Notes under the pieces: generated by a model
What the model was told of the DNA's origin: nothing
The model's database searches: none
Seen by the model: the letters and a program-made list of their open reading frames with translations, nothing else
Translations under genes and position numbers: made by a program
Part shown: one piece after another, positions 25,431 to 34,300 of the stretch
How the letters are laid out: the number at the start of each line of letters is the position of its first letter
How positions within the stretch are numbered: the first letter of the stretch is position 1
From: Eubacteriales bacterium
GTDB lineage: Bacteria; Bacillota; Clostridia; Oscillospirales; CAG-272
Reading direction: 5' to 3'
Assembly (NCBI GenBank): GCA_045629765.1
Contig: JAZQRW010000159.1
Coordinates: 1-40,112 of the forward strand
Length of the DNA stretch: 40,112 bases

Positions 25431-28232
25431 ATGACAAAAAAACGAAATTTCAGAGGACTGTATTTTACTAGAGAAGCGCCCTTCGCTCACGAGAACGATA
25501 TAAAGCATATTTCAAACGACGTCACGCACCTTGAGGACGGCTGGGAGCGCTGGTCATTGCCAATCGGCAACGGATACGCCGGCGCGGTTTTGCTCGGCAG
25601 AGTGAAGACAGACAGAATTCAACTTACCGAAAAGAGCTTTGGCAACTGCTATTACTGCGGTGTTGGCAGACAGAGCCTTGGCGGTGTACAGAATTTCTGC
25701 GACGTTTTCTTGGATTTCGGCCATTCGTTCGACGAGGTTACAGGCTACGAGCGCTACCTTGATATAACAAGCGGTGTGGCAACGCTTGAGTACACGTGTA
25801 AGGGTGTTAAGTACACTCGTGAGTATCTTATGTCATATCCCGACAAGGTGCTTGCAGTAAAGCTTTCTGCATCGGAAAAGGGCAAGATTTCATTCACTCT
25901 CCGACCTGAAATTCCATTTATCGGACACGTCTTTAACGAGTTTGAAGGTCAGTCGTATGACGATGAGGCAGAGCGTACCGGAAGCCTGCACGCAAGCACC
26001 GTAGATAATAATGGTGTGACGGAGGGATGCATCACACTTGACGGACATCTTCAGTGGTTTGACGTAACAGGTGCGGCAAGCATGCGGCTTATTCCTTATG
26101 GCGAGAATGCAAAAATTACGAGTGCAAATGCTGAATGTGACGTAGTGTGGGAAGCAGAAAATAAAATGTTCCACACGGTTGGCGGCTCTACGGTGACAGT
26201 TAATGATGCCGACGAGGTTGTCCTCCTTATCACGCTTGGTACGGATTACCAAATGCACGAGTCCATATTCAACGAACAGGCGCATGCGAAGAAGATATCA
26301 GCCCTAAAGAAAACAAACGCGTACGTACCCGCAAGGGAAAAGGTCGACGCCGATATGGCAAGGGCGAGCGCATATACATACGACGAAATAAAAGCACGGC
26401 ATATAGAGGACGCAGGAAAGATACTCAGCCGTGTAGACGTAACGCTTGGAGGCGAATGGGCGTCCACCACAGACGAGCTTGTAAGACAATATAACAAGCC
26501 TACAGGCGATGACGGACAGTACACTGTAAGTGACAAAAAGCGTGACCTCTACCTTGAGGAATTGCAGTTCTTGTACGGCCGTTATCTGCTCCTTGCTTCA
26601 TCAAGAAAGGGCACGCTACCTGCGAATTTGCAGGGTGCCTGGACACGCTATCAGCTCTCCCCCTGGGGTTGTGGTATGTGGCACAACATCAACGAGCAAC
26701 AAAACTACTGGCCCGCTTGCACGACTAATATGCCCGAGGTGTTCGAGGGCTATCTTGATTATTGGCAGGCATATTTGCCAGCGTCCAAAAATCTCACGTC
26801 TGAGCTCGTCAAGGAAAGATTGCCTAAGAAATACGGCAAGGACGGCTCAAACGGCTGGACTATCGGCACGGGTGCATTCCCTTGGATGATGAATGCATCG
26901 AGCGCACTCGGAAATATGGGTCTGACAATTCCTATGTTCTGGGACTACTACGATTTTTCCGGCGACCCCGAGAAGTTAAAGGCAGTCTTTACTGCGCTAT
27001 ACGAGGCGGCGGCGTTTATGACAAAATCGGTAGTTAAGCGCGGTGACAAATACTTGAGCATTCATGGTGACTCGGCAGAACAGCACGTAAACGGTGTATG
27101 GTACTTTACCGAGGGCACAACATACGACCAGGCAGGACTCTATTACGTCGGCTCAAAGCTGCTTTTAGCGGCAAAGATGCTCGGATACAAGGACTCTGAC
27201 TATCCGGTTCTTAAGACGGTTAAAAAGCAAATCAACCACTACGACCAATCACCCGTCGGATATTCAGGTCAGATAAAGGAATTCCGCGAGGAAAATTACT
27301 ACGGTGAGCTCGGTGAATACGAGCACAGACACATCTCGCAGCTCATCGGTCTATACCCCTGCGACAGCATAACCCCTGCGACACCCGCTTGGCTCGATGC
27401 GGCAGGTGTTGCGCTTCGTGAACGAGGCGGCTTGGGAATTAAGGTAGGCTCGCTTATGGGTGCGCACGGTATCGTACACCGTCTACCCGCTTGGGCAAGG
27501 CTTAAAAACGGTGAATACTCACATATCTTTGTACGTGAATTCTTATCACGCTATATCGGCACCAACCTCTGGAGCCTTGGCAATATGTTCCAGATAGACG
27601 GTGACCTCGGCTACACAGGCGCTATGGCGGAAATGCTCTTACAGAGCCACGAGGGCTATATTGACGTAATACCCGCTATACCAAAGGCGTGGGCAAGCGG
27701 AAACTTTAAGGGACTGTCTGCTCGCGGCGGATATTCGATCGATGCAAAATGGCAAAGCGGTAAGCTAAAGAAAATCTGCGTAAATGCAGGCGAGTTCTCA
27801 GATAAGTGCAAAATCAAGCTTGGCAACACCGAAGACGTTGTCGTTAAATGCGACGGCAAAAAGGTAAGATATACCGAGTGTGACGGCGTTATCGCCTTTA
27901 GCACAAAGCCCGGCAAGGCATACGTAATTACAGGAATGAAGCCGATTAAGCAGCCTAAAATTCCAAGCGGATTTGCTGTAAAATCAGTAAAGAAGGACTG
28001 TATCAAGCTCTCCTGGCGTAAATCAAAAGACGCTGTAAGCTACAACTTATATATAGCAAACGAGAGTGCGCCAAGCTACACACTCTACCTTGCTAATATA
28101 TGCGACACCTCGGCTGTCTATAAGATAAGCGACGAGGCCGAGCTCAAAATACGCAGAACGTACAGGCTGTGCGCCGTTGATGAGAACGGTATCGAAAGCC
28201 AGGGTGCGCTTTGCTACACTGTTCCGGTTTAG
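25431..28232 (+). CDS. GH95-like glycoside hydrolase (alpha-L-fucosidase/galactosidase-type fold) with C-terminal Fn3; no signal peptide
   Basis: 933 aa with a GGAGG RBS. GH95-type motifs: LPIGNGYAGAV...RIQLTE, NLQGAWT...WHNINEQQNYWP (Asn-x-Asn), GDSAEQH (acid Glu position) and FQIDGDLGYTGAMAEMLLQSHEG. The C-terminal ~90 aa form an Fn3-like domain (LSWRKSKDAVSYNLY...YRLCAVDENG). The N-terminus MTKKRNFRGLYFTRE is hydrophilic. Confidence 0.85.
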   Translation: MTKKRNFRGLYFTREAPFAHENDIKHISNDVTHLEDGWERWSLPIGNGYAGAVLLGRVKTDRIQLTEKSFGNCYYCGVGRQSLGGVQNFCDVFLDFGHSFDEVTGYERYLDITSGVATLEYTCKGVKYTREYLMSYPDKVLAVKLSASEKGKISFTLRPEIPFIGHVFNEFEGQSYDDEAERTGSLHASTVDNNGVTEGCITLDGHLQWFDVTGAASMRLIPYGENAKITSANAECDVVWEAENKMFHTVGGSTVTVNDADEVVLLITLGTDYQMHESIFNEQAHAKKISALKKTNAYVPAREKVDADMARASAYTYDEIKARHIEDAGKILSRVDVTLGGEWASTTDELVRQYNKPTGDDGQYTVSDKKRDLYLEELQFLYGRYLLLASSRKGTLPANLQGAWTRYQLSPWGCGMWHNINEQQNYWPACTTNMPEVFEGYLDYWQAYLPASKNLTSELVKERLPKKYGKDGSNGWTIGTGAFPWMMNASSALGNMGLTIPMFWDYYDFSGDPEKLKAVFTALYEAAAFMTKSVVKRGDKYLSIHGDSAEQHVNGVWYFTEGTTYDQAGLYYVGSKLLLAAKMLGYKDSDYPVLKTVKKQINHYDQSPVGYSGQIKEFREENYYGELGEYEHRHISQLIGLYPCDSITPATPAWLDAAGVALRERGGLGIKVGSLMGAHGIVHRLPAWARLKNGEYSHIFVREFLSRYIGTNLWSLGNMFQIDGDLGYTGAMAEMLLQSHEGYIDVIPAIPKAWASGNFKGLSARGGYSIDAKWQSGKLKKICVNAGEFSDKCKIKLGNTEDVVVKCDGKKVRYTECDGVIAFSTKPGKAYVITGMKPIKQPKIPSGFAVKSVKKDCIKLSWRKSKDAVSYNLYIANESAPSYTLYLANICDTSAVYKISDEAELKIRRTYRLCAVDENGIESQGALCYTVPV

Positions 28233-28269
28233 ATTCGGTATTAAAACAACTAACATAAAGAGGTAATTT

Positions 28270-28368
28270 ATGAAAGCATATTCAATAAGCAACAGAATAA
28301 CCTCATTGGCGATATGCCTTGCAATGCTTATTTCACTTGTAGCCTCTACGGGTCTTGTATCATTCGCT
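28270..28368 (+). other. Predicted Sec signal peptide of the giant protein
   Basis: MKAYSISNRITSLAICLAMLISLVASTGLVSFA|IDV: a basic n-region, a hydrophobic core of about 20 aa, then a small-residue site (SFA). Confidence 0.7.
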
Positions 28369-31300
28369 ATCGACGTAGCGCCAGAGGCGGAAAGCTATAA
28401 GCAGAAGGACTACCGTCTTCAATTTGACGTTGAGGCGCCATTTGGAAACGAGTACGACATAAGCTTCCTTACGAGCGTTGACCACACAAACGACGGTTGG
28501 GAGCGTTGGTCAATGCCTATAGGTAACGGCTACGGCGGAGCGGTAGTGTTTGGCAGAACCGAGACCGAAAGAGTTCAGCTCACAGAAAAAACCTACGGCA
28601 ACTGCTATTACCACTACTTTGAGGGTGTAGGCAACAAGAGCCTTGGCGGTATACAGAACTTTGCCGACCTATATCTTGACTTTGACCACCCGTTCGACGA
28701 GGTTACAGATTATTACAGATACCTTGACCTCAGCACCGGTGTTATAACCGTTGAATACGTATACGAGGGCGTTAAGTACACAAGAGAGTACTTTATGTCA
28801 TATCCCGACCAGGCAGTAGTTATCAAGCTTTCAGCGTCAGTTCCGGGCACACTAGACGTAACAGTACGCCCCGAAATTCCATACCTTGGGCACGTGTACA
28901 AGGAATTGAATGGTCAGCCTATTGATGACGGTGCTCTGCGTACCGGCGAGCTTAACGCTTACGTTGACGGCACAAACGGCGTTATCGACCTTGGCGGTCA
29001 TCTCCAGTACTACAACATTACCTGTGCAGGTCAGTTTAAGGTAATTCCCGAGGGTCAGTCCTCCTCAATTTCCGCATACAACGACCCCAACGCACAAACT
29101 GCGCCAAAGGACGACGAGGTATTCTACACAGGCAAGGGCTCGACCATTACCGTTAACGACGCCGACAGCGTAGTGCTCATGGTTACTATGACAACCGACT
29201 ACACCTTGGCTGAGGAAATCTTCACAACAGAGGACCACTCGCAGAAAATAGACGCGCTTAAGGCGGCAGGCAAGTACGTAAGTGCTGAGGATAAGCTCAC
29301 AGCAATCTTGAACGGTCTTGAGGGCAAGAGCTACGAGACACTCAAGGCAACTCACATTGCCGACCACGGTGAAATCTTTAACCGTGTGACCTTTGACCTC
29401 GGCGGTGAAAGCTCGCTTATGACAGACGAGCTTGTAAACACCTACGGCTACAGCACAGGCGCGAACGGTGAGTACACCGACTCAGACCATAAGCGTGACC
29501 TCTATCTTGAGGAAATTCTTTTTGCATACGGCAGATACTTACAGATTGCATCATCACGTGAAAATACACTTCCCTCCAACCTCCAAGGTACTTGGACAAG
29601 ATACCAGCTATCCCCCTGGGGCTGCGGAATGTGGCACAATATTAACGAGCAGCAAAACTATTGGGCGTCATTCACAACCAATATGTATGAAACCTTTGAG
29701 CCATACATAAACTACTGGTATGCATATCTTCCACAGGTCGAGAAGGCTACCTCCTCTATGGTTCAGAGCAAATTCCCCGATCAGTATGACCCAAATGGTG
29801 AGAACGGCTGGTCTATCGTAACAGGCGCATCGGCTTACTACGTAAACAGCCAGCAGTCACTCGGTAACCTCGGTCTTACCTTACCTATGTTCTGGGATTA
29901 CTACGAATATTCGGGCGATAGAGAGAAGTTACAGACAGCGTTTGAGGCTCTTTACGGCGCAGCTGCATTTATGACTAAGGCAGTTGTATACGTTGACGGC
30001 CTCTACCTCAGTGCAAACGGCGACTCCGCAGAGCAGTACGTTAACGGTCAGTGGTACTACACAGAGGGTACAACCTACGACCAGGCGGCTCTTTACTACG
30101 TAGGTAGTAAGGCTCTTGAGGCGGCAAAGCTCCTTGGATATACCGCCGAGGATTATCCTATACTTGCAACTATTGAGGAGCAGATTGATAAATACGATTA
30201 CTCACCCATAGGCTACTCGGGTCAGCTCAAGGAATTCCGTGAGGAAGATTACTACGGTGACCTTGGTGAATGGGACCACAGACATATTTCACAGCTCATC
30301 GGTCTTTACCCCGGTGACGTTATCAACTCAAATACTCCCGCTTGGCTCGACGCTGCTAAGTATTCTCTCGTTGAGAGAGACTGCTCGGGTCAGATGAAGG
30401 GTGCGCACGGCGTTGTACACCGTCTTCCCGCTTGGGCAAGAGTTAAAGACGGCGAGAATGCATACCTTATGGTTCAGGACTTCATCAACGTTTACGTTGC
30501 AACCAACCTTTGGAACTGCAGCGCAATGTGGCAGATTGACGGCAACCTCGGTTACACCGGCGGTCTTGTTGAGATGATTCTTCAGAGCCACGAGGGTTAT
30601 ATAGAGGTTATCCCAGCAATCCCCGATGCATGGAGCACAGGCTCATTCTCGGGTATGGTTGCAAGAGGCAACTTCGAGGTCAGTGCAAGCTGGGCTGACG
30701 GCCTTACAAGCCAGATTGAGATACTCTCAAATAACGGAGGTGAGGTAAGCCTCAAGCTCCAGAACTCCACGGGCGTTAAGGTTTGGTGTGACGGCAGAGC
30801 TGTAAGCTACACCGACAAGGGCAACGACATCATTTCCTTTAATACTGAAAAGGGTAAGTCGTACATTATCTCAAACTTCACACCCAAGAGCGAGTCTAAC
30901 GCTCCCTCAAGCTTTGAGGTAAAGGCACAGAACGGTCTTAACGTAACACTTGGCTGGACTGCGTCTAACACCGCAACATCGTATAATCTTTATAAGGCTG
31001 ACGGAAGCGACGCTACATATACTCTTATCGCAACCGTACCCGCAGGTACAACCTCATACACCTACACACTCGCAAATTCTAATGAATTTAACGAAAGACG
31101 CACATATCGTATAACTGCAGTTAATGCCGACGGTGTGGAAAGCGAGGCACTCCTTTGCTACACCGTTCCAACGATTGAAGCGATTACAGCTACTCTTCTT
31201 CCGAATGGAAAGGTAGAAATATCCGCTTATCCCGAGGAGGACTACAGCGTAATAGGCTACAGCTATTACGTTAAGAAGGTCGGCTCAAGCGAGTACACCC

Positions 31301-34300
31301 TCCTTGCAGATAGCGAATATCCCACATACTACGTAGATAACCACGAAAATGGAGATACGTACGGCGTAGTACTTCACTCACACCCAACAGAGCATAAGAA
31401 GACCGGTATTACCGTTGGTGACAGAGTAATCACCTCGCCGATTATGCCTGTAAGTCCTATTAGGGGTGCAAGCGGCAACGCTCTTGAAAATAAGCTTATG
31501 GGTCTTGAAAACGGCTTTGCATACCTCGGCGGAACAAAGGCTAACGTCAAGAGCCTGACCGACGGCAACAAGCAGACCAAGCTCACATCGTACGCTATAT
31601 CCGGTACTAACGCAATCTCGGGTAACGTAAGGTCAATGACGCTTTACGCAGACCTTGAGGGTATGTACTATTACAGCTACTTAAGAATTTACGATAAAGA
31701 GCTTGGTAGCGAGAGCCACCTTGAAAGCGTCAAGATAGAAACTTATTATCAGGGCGCGTGGACAACGGTCTGTACCTACAATCCGACCTCTGACGACAAA
31801 CTTTACTTTGACGTTGACCTGACCGGTGTTAAGGGAAGTAAGATTCGCCTTACCGTTACGGGTACAACCAATTCATTCGCACTTTACGAGATTGAGCTTA
31901 GTGCTTCACCACATAACGAGGCTCCAACCCCAACCAACGTTTACGAAAACAATCTGCTCCTTGGCAACAAGGCAGAGGTCGTAAGCGGAACGGCACACAG
32001 TGTATACACGGTTGAGGCGTTGACCGACGGTAACTTCCACGTTCACGGCGGACGCTTTACCTCTCTTACCAACTCGGTTTCAATCCTTATGGACCTTGGC
32101 GGTTACTGTAACCTTGATACGCTCACAATCCACGATTTCTATCAGAGCGCAACCACTATTGGCGAGTTCACAGTTGAGATATTTAACGGAATCGAATGGG
32201 TAACAGTTTACGACGCAAAGACGTTAGACGGCAAGATTGAGTCTAACGCAAGACGCGAGACCTCAATGAGCATGGATAACGTTACAGCGAGCCAGATTAA
32301 GATAACGTTCGTTGGTACAACTACTCCTTCACTCTACGAAATCGAATGCTCGGGCACACGCCTTGGCACCAGCGAATACGAGTACAGATATACCAAGGAA
32401 GAGGTGCTTAAGTTCCTAGGAGAGCTTGACGCAAAAGACCTCTCAGGATTTATCCCTGCTTACGTAGAGGCTGTTAAGACATACCGTGACAACGCTATAG
32501 CTGCTCTTAGCTCACAGACATCTACAGGTGACGACATTTCACTTGTCGCAAAGAACCTTAAGACCGCTATTCAGATGATAGAGGAAAATGCCTTTGACCT
32601 GCTTATCCCCGAGGATAATATCAACAACGGCTCCGCAATGATTAAGGACGTTATTTACAACGTCAGTGGCGGCGCATCAGAGCCTGACGTTGAAATTGCC
32701 ACCGGCGTTGGCGGCAAGAGCGAGAGCGACACGGTATATCATATCATCGATAAGGATTCTTACATCAACATTCCGGGCTCAAATATGCTCAGCGGCGCAT
32801 ACAACCTTGAGTATGAAATTCTGCTTGGTGATGCATCATCGAGCATGCTTACTCAAATGGGATGGTACGTTGATAAGGAAGTCAGCGCTATGCGTTACTT
32901 CACTATGATAAATGTCGGAAGTAACGGAGTTACCTTAACAGAAATAGGCGGTAACGGACTTGCAGAGATATTCGCTTCAATCGACGGCAATCCCGTTACA
33001 GAGGGTTACGTAGTTGACGGCTCTATCAAGGTTGGCGAATGGAACAGAATTGCAATAGTGGCTGTTACAGACAACGAAACCGGTTATATTGAGAGCTTTA
33101 AGCTCTACGTTAACGGCAACGAGCATACTATCGTATTTAAGGAGCAGTTCCAGTTCAAGTCCGCAAACGGTGACGGTACGTTCCCAGCCGACGCAGCTGC
33201 CGTACCGCACGACATTATCGGCATTGCAACCACACGTCTTTACTATGACAGAAATACCCAGGACGTACCAAACGTATATCTTGACAACGTTGTTATCAAG
33301 CTTACCGCAACGTCGGCATACAACCCAGCGCGTGACGCTAAGCCTACGCTCACAGTATACAATACTGACAACTGGTCGCTTGTCGGCAATACGCTTCTTA
33401 TGCTCACCTCATCAAGAACGGTAGCAGAGCTTCGCGCAGATTTGTCAAGAAACATCAGAGTTCTTAGAAACGGCGTTGAGCTTGAAGCACATCAGCTCGT
33501 CGAAAAGGGTGACGTAATAGTCGTATACACCACAAACGGCAGAGATTACGAGCGTGCTTACTCATACTACACAATAGACAAGAGAGTGGTTACGTTCGAC
33601 AACGTTAAAGACGGTACGGGCTCACTTGGCGTATACACTGACGAGGCTCTGTACGTAACAAGCGTTGGCGGTGTCGGCGGTAAGGCTGAGAATGACTACT
33701 CATACTTCATTAACGGCTTTAACACATCGGGCGCGTTTATCGCATTCGATCAGTTCGTAACCAAGGACGTATTCACCCTTGAGCATAACGTGCTGGTCGG
33801 CAACTCGACTACAATCTTCAGATACCAGTTCTCACTCTATAACGACAGCAATGCGACGTTCTTCCCATACATCTACTTCAAGGATAACGGCGTATATCTT
33901 GGCAACAGTACGGGAAGCACGGCGGACAACGCAGGCATCATTGAGAGCATTGACGGTGTTCCGTTTGCAGAATATAATTCAAGCTACAAGATTGCTGACA
34001 ATCTTAACGTCGGTCAGTGGTATAAGATTGCAATGGTAATCACGTCGGATAACGACGGCTACCTTGACACAATCAAGCTCTATATCAACGGCGAGGAGCA
34101 TATAATCAAGCTTGTATCCGGCATTTATACTCCCAGATACTTAAGACTCGTGTACGACCAGAGCAGCAATATCCAGCTCTATATTGACAACCTCTTTACA
34201 CGAGTAGAAAAGAGCTTTGCCTCCTACTCAAACAAGCAGGATATACCTGTTAATAAGGATGCTAACCTAGATACGCTCGTTCTTGAAGACGGTGGCGCAT

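Noticed and set aside
28306-28317. Lipoprotein lipobox (LAIC) in the giant protein's signal peptide
   Set aside because: Ile at position -1 does not fit the (L/V/I)(A/S/T/V/I)(G/A/S)C consensus, and the Cys sits early in the hydrophobic core. A type I signal peptide is more likely.
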